Of a stretch of 64,000 nt of DNA, positions 49,665 to 63,184 are shown in pieces. The notes beneath the pieces are model-generated. The model worked only from the letters and a program-made list of their open reading frames with translations, ran no database searches and was not told the DNA's origin. The translations under genes were made by a program, and so were the position numbers. Position 1 is the first letter of the stretch; the number at the start of each line of letters is the position of its first letter. The DNA comes from Callorhinchus milii (lineage: Eukaryota): positions 123,816,001 through 123,880,000 of the forward strand of contig NW_024704742.1 in NCBI RefSeq assembly GCF_018977255.1, written 5' to 3'.

Positions 49665-51004
49665 TTGGTAGCCACCCTCAGCACAGAAACAGCCCAGATC
49701 AAAGTGACCAATGACATTCTGTCCACCTGCAACCAGGGATCTCTCTGCCTCCTCGTCCTCCTTGACCTCTCTGCTCACACCGTTGACCACTCTATCCTCT
49801 TCCACCGCCTCTACTCTCAACTCAACCTTCACAGCTCTGTCCTTGACTGGTTTAGACCGTACCTCTCACACTGCCTCCACTTCATCTCCACAGACGGTTT
49901 CTCCTCTAGCCCCCGCACCGTTTCGTGCGGCGTTCCTCAGGGCTCTGTCCTTGGTCCCCTCCTCTTCAATATCTATATGCTCCCTCTTGGTGACATCATC
50001 CACAGACATGGAGTAAACTTTCACATGTATGCGGATGACACCCAATTCTACCTCTCTGCCTCCACCCTTGACTCCAGGACCACTGCTGTGCTGACAGAAT
50101 GTCTGTCGGACATCAAGTCCTGGATCAGAACTAACTTTCTTCAGTTGAACGTCAACAAGACCGAGGCTCTGCTGATTGGCTCCTGTCAGCGCCTTCTCAC
50201 TGCAGGCGCTGACAGCATCACCATCCATGGTTGCACACTCCACCTTGCTAAGCCAGTCCGGAACCTTGTGGCATCTTGTTTGACCCTTAACTATCCTTTC
50301 TACTCCTCATCTGCACCATGACCTGCTCTGCCTTCCCCCACCTCCGCAACATCACCCGGCTCCGCCACTGCCTCACACCACAGGCTGCCAAAGCACTCAT
50401 ACACACCTTCATTACATCGAGGCTTGATTATGCAAACTCATTGGTTGTCGGCCTCCCCAACTCCTCCCTCCACAGGCTGCAGATCATCCAGAACTCTGTG
50501 GCCTGTGTCCTCTCCCCACCAGGCTCTGTGACCCTATCACCCCCATCCTTGCCCAACTTCACTGGCTTCCTATCACATAGTGGATACAGTTCAAGATCCT
50601 GGTCCTCACCTTCAAAGCCCTCCATGATCTTGCTCCCCCCTACCTCTGTGTGACCTCCTAACCCCCTACCATCCTATTCACTCCCTCTGCTCAGCAGGTT
50701 CCTGCCTGCTTCACGTCACCTGCCTCACTCGCCCCAATATTGGCAGACCTTCTGCCACTCTGGCCCCACCCTCAGGAACTCCATCTCGCAGTCCCTCCGC
50801 CTTGACCCCTCGCTTGTCTCCTTCAAGACCCATCGCAAGACCCTCCTCTTTGATCATGACTTTGATCTCCCTGCTTTTCCCCTGCCCTCCACCCTCTCCA
50901 ATTCCGACCACCAGCTCGGGTCTAAAAATCTGTCTGTCCAGCTCCTTGGGATGTCCTCCTCACGTAAAAGGCACTTTACAAATGTAATTTTGTTGTTGTT
51001 GTTG
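49665..51004 (+). mobile_element. 5'-truncated L2-clade LINE (RT domain, frameshifted) with (TTG)n tail
   Basis: LLDLSA...GVPQGSVLGPLLFNIYMLPLG...HMYADDTQFY...LNVNKTE RT motifs, ITSRLDYANSL downstream, frameshift near 50270. Confidence 0.95.
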
Positions 51005-51404
51005 CTTAAAATGATGGTTATGTTGGTGCTGATAATTTCATTGTTATTAAACAGAAGTACCCTAATGTACATCCCATGATCTCCAAGCCTTGGCTCTGCG
51101 ACTAGTAATTTCTGAATAGGTAAACAGGCTGGGTCCCACCAAGGAGAGAGTGTGGCCTCCATTCTAGACAAGGAATAGATATAGATTGCTTGCATATATG
51201 GAATTGAGTCTTAGGTTTGGATGCTTTTATGCATGGTGATGGGTTTCTCTTTGTGTCAAATTTTTTTTTGTCAGCTGGGTGTCTGAACCGATGACCATGC
51301 TTAAGAGTATCAAACCAAACTGAGAATTCCATGCATCCCACCAAACGTGGCAATTCCAGAGATAGATTGTTCGAAAGGAATGTGCACTCTCTCCCTGGAG
51401 AGAT

Positions 51405-51648
51405 AAATAATAAAATAATAATCCTTGCATTTGATATAGCGCTTTTCACGTCGGGAGGACGTCCCAAAGCGCTTCACAGAATATACTGTAAAGTGAATTG
51501 ACTGTATATTTGTGGGCGAACGCGGCAGCCAATTGCGCACAGCAATGCCCACAAACAGTCATGAATTGAAAATGACCAATTTTTATTATTGTTTTTGTTT
51601 TTTGGAGGGATTATTATTAGGCGTGTGGAGTAAGGAAACTTGCCCAAG
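51405..51648 (-). mobile_element. 5'-truncated Deu-SINE nested in an older repeat
   Basis: Body and tail only; the host repeat resumes at GGATGCATCCTGC after the insertion. Confidence 0.88.
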
Positions 51649-52635
51649 GATGCATCCTGCTAACCTAATTCCAGAAAGTATTGGGTAAGATGTGTGTTAG
51701 ATGCCTGTATGACAAACAAAAAACTTCTGAAATGCAGTATGTAAAGAAGTATTTAAGACCGTAAGTGAATTGTGGTTGTCTGGGTCGCTGCGAGAGAAAA
51801 ACTTGTCAACACATTACACACAGGTATTTGCTGCTGGCACAAGGTTAGATGCCCTGGGTAGATTTGAAGGCCCGGTCATTGTTTTGTGATTGAAGTTGTC
51901 ATGTAAACAACTAGCAATTTGGGCAATATTTAATGATTTTATCACTAAATTTATTTCAAGAAAGATTCAGTGATTTGGTGGCAGGACAGTTAATAGTTGA
52001 TTCATTCTTTGCACTACCCTTAGAACTCAAACTAATAGCATTACAAATCTTTTTGTATTGTTTATCAGAATTCTATATGTATTAATATATTGAATTCAGT
52101 CACTTGACCTTTTGTTCACATGATGCTTGCAGGAGTAAACCGCTTGCAGAATTTATTGGCATAGTTGTACATAGAATGGAAACATTAGACATTTAACACC
52201 ACTTGTTAAATAACCACTCAATCCACATTGAATCTCTGCCAATGTTAATGGAATGCAAAGCCACCTGTGCTGGCAAAATGTACTTTGGATTAATTCCAAA
52301 GTAAATGATCTTTTTTGTGATTTATACTTACAATCACGAAAACAAAACTGGCATAGATTTTGCAACTTCCATTTTAATGTGGCGCAGTCAAGAGAAAGAT
52401 AAAGATGGAAACCCCCCTTATATCTGACTGCAAGTAAGCAAGTGGGAAGTATTTCATTCAACAAAGCACAAGGGTTAATGCAGCTACGACATGCAGCTGA
52501 GTATGAGCAAACAGGGAATTGATATTAAACTACATAGTTCCAGTGGGGTAGCTGCCCCAGTAATAGGCTTAATGGACTGAATAGTCTCCTTCTATAGTCT
52601 AATTTTTACGAATATTCTAGTTTTAGATACTTTAT

Positions 52636-53411
52636 TCAACAACAACTTATGTTTAACAATAACATACGGCGCCCTTCATACGGGTAGCATCTCGGAGCAG
52701 TTGACAGTGGCTTGAGGGACATGCAGAAGACCTGTGCCAGGTGAGCAAAGGCAACGGGTAGAAAAGTGGTGTGTGAGCAGATTGGAAAGGGAAGGAGGTG
52801 CCAGTGAAAAGATTTGAAAGTGAGAGTGAGGATCTTGAAATTGTTCTGCAGCAGGGAGTCAGTGGAGCCTGGCAAGATTGGAGTGATGGGAGTGCAGACA
52901 AGTGAGAACATGGAAGAGCAGTTTGAAATCACTTGAACCTTGTTAATAATAATAACCCTTGCTTTTAATTTATTAATTTATTAATTTTATTTATTGTTAA
53001 TAATGGAGTAGGGGAGACCGGACAGGAGTGCATTGGAAAAATCGAGACAGAAAGTGATAAAAGCATGAGTGAGAATTTCAACAGCATTTGAAGTAAATTA
53101 GGGGCAAAGGTGGGCAATGTGATGGAGGTGGAGGAAGGCAGTCCTGGTCTGGGACCATATGTGGAGTGGAAAGATAACTGGGGATCGAAACTGATATCAA
53201 GGTTGTGCACAGGTTTGGTGAGTCTGAAGGGTAGGTAGGGAACATTAAGGAGTTCTGAAGCACAGGTAAGAAGATGTTGATGGGAACCGTCTTGTGTGAC
53301 GTGCATGTATGCTATGAGTAGGAAGTGACATCAGTGGTAACCTGAGGACCCAGAAGTATGGCTTCTGTCTTGTCCGTGTTCAGCTGCAGAAATTTGGCAA
53401 TCATTCAGGCC
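52636..53411 (-). mobile_element. Degenerate L2 fragment interrupted by a SINE
   Basis: PVHNLDISFDPQLSF and FKILTLTFKS motifs; continues after the SINE at 53741. Confidence 0.75.
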
Positions 53412-53417
53412 TTGATT

Positions 53418-53740
53418 GGAGTCCTGTAGCTCAGTGGTTAGAGCACTCGCTTTGCAAGCGAGAGACCTGAGTTCATTTCCAGGCAGGGCAAAACCTTGGG
53501 CAAGTTTCCTTACTCCACACGCCTAATGGTAATCCCTTCAAAAAACCAAAAACAATAATTAAATTGGTCATTTTCAATCTACGACTGTTTGTGGGACATT
53601 GCTGTGCGCAATTGGCTGCCGCGTTCGCCCACAAATATGCAGTCAATTCACTTTACAGTGTGGTCTGTGAAGCGCTTTGGGACGTCCTCCCGACGTGAAA
53701 AGCACTATATCAAATGCAAGGATTATTATTATTATTATTA
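53418..53740 (+). mobile_element. Full-length young Deu-SINE with TTGAT target-site duplication
   Basis: Near-identical to the 45636 copy; TTGAT at 53412-53416 and 53741-53745. Confidence 0.92.
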
Positions 53741-54014
53741 TTGATGTCAGGCAAGCACATAGTCGGAACATTGGTGATCACACAGGTGGTCATCAGTGCG
53801 TAGTTTGCACATGCACAATATGCAGGAAGTGACATCCGCGGGGAATCTTATGCCGTAGAAATCGGCCATTTTCTCCTGGTGCTTCCACTTCTCTTTTTAA
53901 ATAATCATGATATTTTTAACATCCACTTGTATAGACAAACTGGATCTTGGTTTATTGTTTCAACCAAAGGGTAATAACTTTGATAAATGCATTGCTGTGG
54001 ATTGTGGTCTATTA

Positions 54015-54313
54015 AATAATAATAATAATAAATCCTTGCACCTGATATAATACTTTTCATGTCTTCCCGAAGTCTCAAAGCGCTTCACAGAATAGACTGT
54101 GAAGTGAATTGACTGTATATTTGTCGGCGAAATATGGCAGCCAATTGTGTACAGCAGTGTCCCACAAACAGTCGTGGATTGAAATGACCAATTTTTTTTT
54201 GAGGGATTATTATCAAGCATGTGGAGTAAGGAAACTTGCCCAAGATTTCACCCTGCTGGGAATCGAACCCAGGTCCCTCGCTTGCAATGCGAGTGCTCTA
54301 ACCACTGAGCTAC
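54015..54313 (-). mobile_element. Deu-SINE, inverted relative to 53418-53740
   Basis: Reverse complement of head, body and tail. Confidence 0.88.
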
Positions 54314-57300
54314 AAAAACCTACCATCATGAAGAATTAACTTTAAGATCCCCAACCTTACCTTCCAATGCCTTCACTTTACCTCCCCCACTCCATCCCTC
54401 CACTTTGCCAACCCTGGCCTGCTTCATATCCCCATTTCCTGCCTCGCCTGCTCTGCCCACAACTGACAGATGAGATTTCAGCCATTAAGCCCCACACTCT
54501 GCAAATCTCTTCTCAACACTCTCTCCCTCTGCTTTCAAACCCCATCCAAAGATCTATCTCTTTGACTGCAGCGTTGTCCACACCCTCCTATCTACCTTCC
54601 AGCTCAAGTTCCCACCCATCTTTGTAAAGCACTAGGAGACGTTCTTCCTATGTGAAAAGCAATATGAAAGGCGCCACGTAAATGCAAATTATTGTTGTTG
54701 TTCTTGAAGGACAAAGGACATCAGGTTTTGAATGAGAGATTAGAGACCAAGTAATTACCACCCATTCTAGTTACGGATATCCTTGTTGCCAAAGTGAGAA
54801 ACTTTATACGTTGGTCTGGTTCATACCTGGCACACCTATGGAGCTATCAAACTTACTATCCTTTACAATAATTAGAAGCTTAATACAGTCCTTTATTTAA
54901 TTGTTGGATCTAATAGATTATCAATATCAATAACATTCCTTACTCCTTATGCCATGCAACTAAGCATTCCTATTGCTTGATCTTGTTGCTTTATGCCTCA
55001 TTACAATTCAATTAGTAGAGGAAAAAGTAGTGATTTAATAATAAATATTTGTTAGGTCATTTACTGTGTTCTTTCCACGAGTAGACAATTTGTCTATTGT
55101 GTGCTCTTTGTGATGTCCTCCTGTACATGGTCTTTTTCTGTGATACAATCTTACCATTAGGCTCTCTGTGGTAGTGTGCCATGTGCTCTCATTCTGATAG
55201 CTGTACCATAGGTCGATGAGGACCAAATGGATCATATGGATCAAAGAGAATAGTAGAACAAACATTTGAGATTGGAGGTTACTTCAGTGTTAGGGCACTG
55301 AATGTCTCAATTGGGGCGCCCGTGTAAATGTAATATGTCAACTCATTGGGTTGGCTTGAATAATTATATTCAAGTGCTCAATAAAATATTACTTTACTCT
55401 GTAGACTTTAAGGATAAATAGCTGAACAAAAGATTCCTAGAAACTAGGAATGTCTCAAAGATATACTCTCAACCTCATTATTCTGAACAAATCGTTTGTG
55501 ACACAATGATACGTTTAATTTCATTTTGTGATACAAAATGTCATTTACTGTACATTTATAGATTTGCTTTGTACACAATCTGTGTTTACTCACTGCTCAA
55601 AATGTTCCATATTTTCTGTTTTTCACATTTATCTGGTACACAGCATCACACCCTCATTTTATTAATGGCACTGGGTCGACTTGTCTTGATCTTTTAAAAA
55701 CTGAAATGGACAAAAAATAGCACAGGCTAATTCAACTCAGATCATTCATAGTCTAATTGGGAACAATGATGCTTTAGTTTGTTACTCTATAATAGTGCTT
55801 GGAGGAGTGGATTAATAGTATTGAATAAATCTTTATAAAATCTTTATAACCTTTATGCACAAATTGGCTGCCGCGTTTGCCTACAAAATACCCTGTTTTA
55901 ATTTTGGTAAAAAGTCACACCAAATTGCACAAAACGCCTTTTGGCCCATTTGAGACTGAAATTCCACCTGGTTTTAGCTGGAAAAGCCATTTTGTCTTAA
56001 TATTTAAGATCTTGCAAAATTGTGGAAAGTTCTTAAATTCTGTCTTAATAAATCTTGTGCACATTCTGTAATTATGTAGGACTAAAAACTCTGTGTGAAT
56101 ACCTACCAGAACAATTCCAATGAAGATCAGCAAACCAAAATATCCTTCTAAACTCGCTTGTGTTGTAACACGAGGAGCGTTATTACAAAATGTTGTTTTA
56201 GGATGTGGTTTCTTAATCAGATGGTAAATTCCTATTCCCCTGATTTCTCCTAATTCTAATTAAACTAATGTGTGAATCAGTGAAGCAATAAATCAATTCG
56301 GAGACAAAATAGTTGTAGAAAAACATATAATTCTTTCTATATTCTCTGTGTCTCTATGCTTTTTTTTGTTTGGGTGTCTGACACGTGGAAACCCATCACC
56401 ATGCTTAAGAGCATCCAAATTAAACATGCATCCCAACTACACATGGAAAATGTGTTTGGAATGGAATGTGCCCACTCTTCCTTGAGGGATCAACCATGAT
56501 TACCTAATTCCAAAGACTATTAGCCGCAGGTTGGCAAGAACCATTGGGCAACTCAGAGTTTGTATTGGGTGTCCTGCTGGAGTTTAACCAGCTGAAACTG
56601 CATAGCTTTCCTTCTTTGCTTCTATGGAAAAATATTCCATGGTCCGACAATGAGACAAATAGACGATGGAGCGCTGAGGTGTGATTCTTTCTTCACATTG
56701 AGTAAGCTGATCTCAAGTCAGGGCAGTGTTGGGGTGTAACAATTGACATACATGTACTTAGACTATGGAGGTGAAAGAAATTCAACCAGTTTTACCAAGC
56801 ATGGTCATTAACCATTGAACCCTGTTGGAAAGTGGATGGAAGGCACTTGGAACCGTTGAACTGAATGCCACCAAAAGAAACCATCAGAAGGGAATGGAGA
56901 AAATAGAAGTAAAGCAATGTAAAATGCTAGAGCACATCGCTAAATGTACAGTAGCTTTACCTTTTACAAATGGTTAGTGCAAAGACAGACTGTCAGTCAG
57001 AATAAAGGCAAAAATATTTCCTTAACCATGTAATTAATATCACGGATGAAATGCACTGCGTCATGGGAAGGAAGAAAAACATTAGCGGAAAATAGAAATG
57101 CATTTACACAATGCATTCATGCATGACATACTTTAAAGCCGCAGGCAGGACATGCTTCCAGTGTTTTTCATAAAAAAAGCATTACCTTAATATTTCAAGC
57201 CAAAACTGTTCAAGATTGTCCACAAAAAAGATGGCATTGTAAATGCTGGTATTTAAGCCTAGGCTTACTATTTTTTCTCAAAGATTTGTCAGCATCTCCA

Positions 57301-60300
57301 GATATCCTCCCCATGTGAAGGACGCTATATAAATATAATTTGTTGTTGTTGTTGTCCAAGAAAATTGCACGAAAATCATTGTGAAGAGAACAGTATAAAT
57401 CTGGTTTTACACGTGCAAATTTTAAGCAGTGTACACTGGAACTCACTTGCCCAAACCCCCTTGAAGAGGCGATTGAAGCAGAGCTTTGGACTGCACCACT
57501 GAAGTATACATAGTTCTTCCTAGCACTCATATGATTTTTGGAGCAGGGACTATGAATCAGGCTTTCCACTCTGAATAAATTAGCTATTGAACTCATAGGA
57601 GGCGCTTCAGGTGATACGAATGGTGCAATGTGGAAGCATTTCAATCTGTCTATCAAAGGATAGAAACTCATATATTGCAAAGAATTTTCAACCCTCAAAA
57701 TGATTCAGGTGTATTAGAAACACCAAAAAAAGTCAGTACCTTGGCCTAGGACCTGAACACATTTGTAAATGTTTTTAGGGTATCATGAAAAAGGGAGGAA
57801 TAGTCATACTAATGGCATTTTCCTCTAGAATTTAAAAAAAATCCTTGGTTCACAGAACTGGATTTAAAAATGTAGGTAAAAGTGTGCAGGATGAAATTTT
57901 ATCATTTATTTGGCTGCCACATTCGCCTACAAAATAAACGGTCACTCCTCTTTGCTGTAATACCTGAATAAAGTGTTTTGAGACATCCTCCCAAAGTGAA
58001 AGGCGCTATATCAATTGCAAGGATTATTATTATTATCATTACTCTGATGTATCTGTGAATTCCTAGCATATTTGTGAATTCCTATGAAGCTCTTTGAGAC
58101 TTTGGAAGGGAATCTCAAAGAGCTTCGTAGGAATTACTCAAGTGTAGTGACTGCGTATGTTGTAGTTGAACATACATATTGCAAGAGAGCTTCAAATACA
58201 GTAGAATACGTTAGAATATACAGCACAGAGACAGGCCATTCAGCCCAACTGGTCTATGCCACATGCTCCAAATGAAGAAGGTCTTTCAATCCATTTAATC
58301 TCATCCTTCGAAAACACTCATGCTGCTGCAGATCCCAAATACCAACCAGTGAAGTATCAAGCTATTTCAGCCAACGTCACTTCGTCACATGCGTGCAATG
58401 GGATCAATATCTAATTAACATCATTAGCACAAGAAAGGTTGGGAGGAAGAAGGCCCTTTTAGCGCATTTGATCTCAGCCTTTCAGAATACGAATCCTATT
58501 GTCTTGCCACTACAATATCAAGCTGTTTCTCAGATGAGTTACTGTGCTCTTTCTTCAATGACTCTTTCTGTTAATTAATTCCATTTGTTGCTTATCTTCT
58601 TTGTGAAAAAATACTTCCTTGTGTCTTTCCTTAAAGTGTCCATCGAAATTCTGAACCTGTGGTGTCTTGCCGTGGGTTATGTAAAGGTACTGCACTGTTC
58701 TACAACTTTTAAGGGATCATTTTTATAGTGTTTGGGGTAGTTGGTTAGTGAAGTTCTTCTGTGCATGCACTTGGTTATAAAGAAAGAAACTGCATTTTTG
58801 TAGCATCTTACCTCATCAACACAAGCACCATGGGATGTCCTCCTAACGTGAAAGGTGCTGTAACATTATAAATTTGTGTTGTACTGTATCTTAAAGGGCT
58901 CACAGGTAACTACTGCCACATGTAGAGATCTTTTTTGTAGGTAAACATGACAGCCATTTGCACCAGATATAAACTAATGAATCAATAAATAATTTGAATA
59001 ATTTATGACAGGGGAAATGGTCTTTCTATTACAAAGAGCCATGGGATTTTTAACATCCATCTAAATACAGGCAGGTAAGATTTCAGTTCAACAGCTCCTC
59101 TGAAAGAAAGCATCTCCGACAATGTAGTATTCCCCCAGCACTAGATTGTGAACCTAAACTAAATAAGCATCTCGGACAATGTAACACTCTCCTCAGCACT
59201 GCAATAGATTGTAAGCTTATACTTAGCTCAAATTGAGACTTGAACCTACAACCAAATGCTACCGCAGGCTGTATTTATATCAAGAAATAAGAAACGAATT
59301 GAGCCTAATTGACACATATTCAAAATATGTTCTTTGTAAACAGTTACAACATATTAGTTAAATGTGTAGCAGACCTCTTTATAAGTGGTCTACAATGTCT
59401 GATAATGTCAGGTAATCGGGAAATAGAGTTTGACTAATTGTAACTGAATCAGGCAATTCCATCTTTTCAATTAAGCATAGATAACTTTAATAATATTAAT
59501 ACCAAATGGCCTTGTTTTACTGTTCAGTGATTGCAATGTATTAACCAGTACTCTCATAAACTGGCCCTCTAAGGTCTCATTATTGATTAACATTTTGTTT
59601 AATAGTCTATTACTACAGGGGAGTATCCTTTCCATTTACTTGGAATTAGTCATGTTTGTTCAAGTGTGCCTAATACTCAAGCCATTCTAAAGAATGTGTT
59701 AAACATGTGCAGGCTGCAGAACCTGTGTAGTGAGACTGTACGACCCAAGTACAAAACAAATTAAAATATCTAAAATGGTTTTTACTTCATCGTTTTTTTG
59801 TCTCCAATTTCCTCTCCTCCTCCTCCTCCCCTCCTGAACGCTCCTGCTTCCTTCTGCAGTGGTGCAATTGGATGGGCGCCAATTGTCCTCCAACACATTA
59901 CCTCACCTCTTTCACGTGTGAGACTTGGCAGTGAGTGTTAGCAGATTTTTGGAGTGTTAGCAGATGGCGTCAGAGCCGAGGCCATTGCTGTCCTTACCTG
60001 ACATCCATCCAGCAAGGTCCCTAAACAGCAATCAGGAGCCCCTCCTAACCCAGGAGCTTGTTGCCAACTGTAGCAATCCAAATGTGGGCCCGTCTGTGAG
60101 CAGGTACCTGAACTCCGCTTTGGAAGGAAATGTGTTGGAGCAGAATTCACACAGGTCAATGCCACATACTAGAATCCCAGTTTGAGTGACTTGAATTCCT
60201 TGTTAAGAAATATCACAAATTAGACCCCATTGTTTATTTATTTGATCATTTGTCAAGAGCTTACTAACATTAAATATAGTTAAAACATAGAAAGATAATA

Positions 60301-62998
60301 CTTTCATCGGAGGACAATTGAAAGGCCTTTATGTAAGCAAACTTTAGCCTTATGCGTATAACACAACGGTCACGCTCATTGCTAACTAATGCTCAGCTTG
60401 TGCCGTCACACCTGGAAGCTAACATGTTACAATATAAAACAAACACTAGTAACCCGTAATTCAATGGACATACAAATTCTCTCTTTACACATCTATTTAA
60501 CTCCGAAACAAGGCAATAATACAGCAGAGGAAAATCTGCAGTCTAGTCAACATGTGCAAATAAGCTTGGCGCATTCACCCCACATAACAATGACAACAAA
60601 TTGTGTTTATGCCACTGTCCTTCAGGCAGGAAGCGCTAGACAATGTTATAGTTTGATGTCAAGCCGGGGAGAAAGGGAAGGTGACTGGATTCTTAGGAGC
60701 TTATTCTAGATTATGTTATACATATACTCTTCCTTGAGCACCCATACGCCTAATAATAATAATAATAATAATAATAATCCCTCCAAAAAACAAAAACAAT
60801 AATTAAATTGGTCATTTTCAATCTAAGACTGTTTGTGGGACATTGCTGTGCGCAATTGGCTGCCGCGTTCGCCCACAAATATACAGTCAATTCACTTTAC
60901 AGTGTGTTCTGTGAAGCGCTTTGGGACATCCTCCCGACGTGAAAAGCGCTATATCAAATGCAAGGATTATTATTATTATTATATCCTGCGAAGCACTTTG
61001 AGATGTCTCAACAACTTGAAAGGAGCTGTATCAAATGCAAGGATTATTATTATGCTCAAAGTAGATAAAAAACTGATTTCCCAAAAACACAAGAACACCA
61101 GCTCCAGTTCCCCAATTGTTTTCCCCAATTAGATAATCATTTTCAGCTCGTCGATTCCAATGACTTACAAGCATGTGCATGCAAACCTGACTCAGGCCTG
61201 GTCTGACTGTTTTACCACTGTTTTACAAATGATGTTATCATATTAGTTTTAGGTAATCTCATAATGCAATCCTGTAGCTCAGTGAGAGACCTGGCTTTGA
61301 TTCCCAGCAGCGAGAAGTGTTGGGCAAGTTTCCTCACTCCACACACCTCCGTTTACTAGCAGTAAGTAGGAACCCGGTTGTTAGTTGATTTGCAGATCGC
61401 TGTTTATGGGGCTAATAGTTCCATAAAGAAAAATTGGTCACTTCAATCCAGATTGTTTGTGGGACACTGCTGTGCGCAATTGGCTGCCGTGTTTCACCCA
61501 CAAAATATACAGTCAATTCACTTTACAGTATATTCTGTGAAGCGCTTTTAGACATCTTGAAGACATGATAAGGCGCTTTATCAAATGCAAGGATAATTAT
61601 TATTATTAATAATAAGCATGACTAATTTTTCAAAGTGATATCTCCTCAGATTTCACGGCCCTAAGCCATGGCTTAGTTTTTTTATTGATTAATATGGGCC
61701 TGCATTCAGTTAATTAATTATTAATTAATTATTAATTAATAATAATAATTATTATTATTATACAATAATTGAACTTACCAGTTTCTAATTTGAATCAATA
61801 AAAAATGTTATTCATCGTGTTTTACAATTTTCTTTAAATTGAGGAAAATTAATTCCCAATGTTGATTCTTTTTTATTTTTGTTACCATTTTGATCAAGAA
61901 AAACGTCCGGCTTCCAGATCACAAGGTCACCACAGCCATTAGAGGGTAGAGACACTGCCTGAGCATAGTGAGCATGTGCAGCGCACAGCCAAGAAGTGAT
62001 ATCTATGGCAATCTTACAACCTGGAAGTTAGCCAGGTGGCTGTGCTTTCAGCCACTGCACCCCAAAACTCTGGAACACCCTTCCTGTATTCCTCCGTCTT
62101 GCCCTTCGTTTCTCATCTTCAGGTCACTCGTGAAGACATTCCTATTCGACCGTGCTCCCTCCCCCTCCTCCCGGCTTGGTGTCATGTTCTGCCATGGTCA
62201 AAAGCTCTGGGACACTACTCTGCGTGAGGGGCGCTATATAACTCCAATTTGTTGTTGTTGTAGCCAATTTTGTAGTCGAAAAGGTCGCAGAAAAATCCAG
62301 AAAAAATAAACGTCAACTATCTATAGAAATTTTTATAAAATAAAATTGATAAACAGCAACCTTATTATAATTTATAAAACTTATTATAAAACTGTATTAT
62401 AATTTAGTAAATATCATTAAGCAGGTTAAAGATAGAATTTCTTTCCCCTGGGCTCTGTCATACATAGTTAAAAATTTAGCATTTATTATTAAAGATCCCA
62501 TTATCTCCTGTATTGAAACTATTCTTATTTTAGTGAATGGCACTGATTAGACACTGACATAAAAAATGGCAAATTTGAAGAGTTACCTCAGTGGAATATG
62601 TTGCCCCACTGAACAATGTTTAAATATAGTGTAGATTTGCTCCCCTCTCCCCCACACCCCTCACTCCCCAACCACCCCCTACTCAACCCCCTACTCCCAC
62701 CCCCACTCCTGGTCCCCCCACCCCAACCCCAGTGCTCAGATACCAATTTGATGAATATTCAGGAAAAGACAAGGAAGTGAAGACAAATAGGTAGTGGTTA
62801 CAATGTGAATGAGTTTTCACGCACTATTGTTGGGTTCACAACAACAAAGCAAAGATGCCTTCTTTGAGGCATCACAAAGAAGTTAAGCATACTACAAGAT
62901 ATGTATGTTCCTGGCTCAGTAGGTAGCACTCTAAATTCTGAGTCAGAAGGTTGTGGTTCAAGCCCCAGATAAGGACCTGGAACTCATTTAGTCTAAGA

Positions 62999-63184
62999 CA
63001 GGGTTGTCCAACTGGCGGCCTGCGGACCCCATCATCCCACCCCTTCCTCTATTTCACCTGCTCCCTCCATAACCCGTAAATATTATGTTATGTTTCTGTA
63101 AGGGAAATACAAAAATATTGCTTATGCGATGACCCAAGATTGTTTCTCAAATAGGGCATCTGATCCTCAGCAGACATAAGGTTG
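62999..63184. mobile_element. hAT-type MITE nested in an old SINE
   Basis: Left TIR CAGGGTTGTCCAAC-TGGCGGCCTGCGG, eroded right end (AAGGTTG), 8-bp TSD GTCTAAGA at 62991-62998 and 63185-63192. Confidence 0.65.

Noticed and set aside
57210..57698. 162-aa ORF on the minus strand
   Set aside because: No recognisable domain, non-ATG start, and it runs through a LINE tail.
61708..61770. AT-only quasi-palindrome
   Set aside because: Low-complexity (TTAA/ATT) slippage with no evidence of function.
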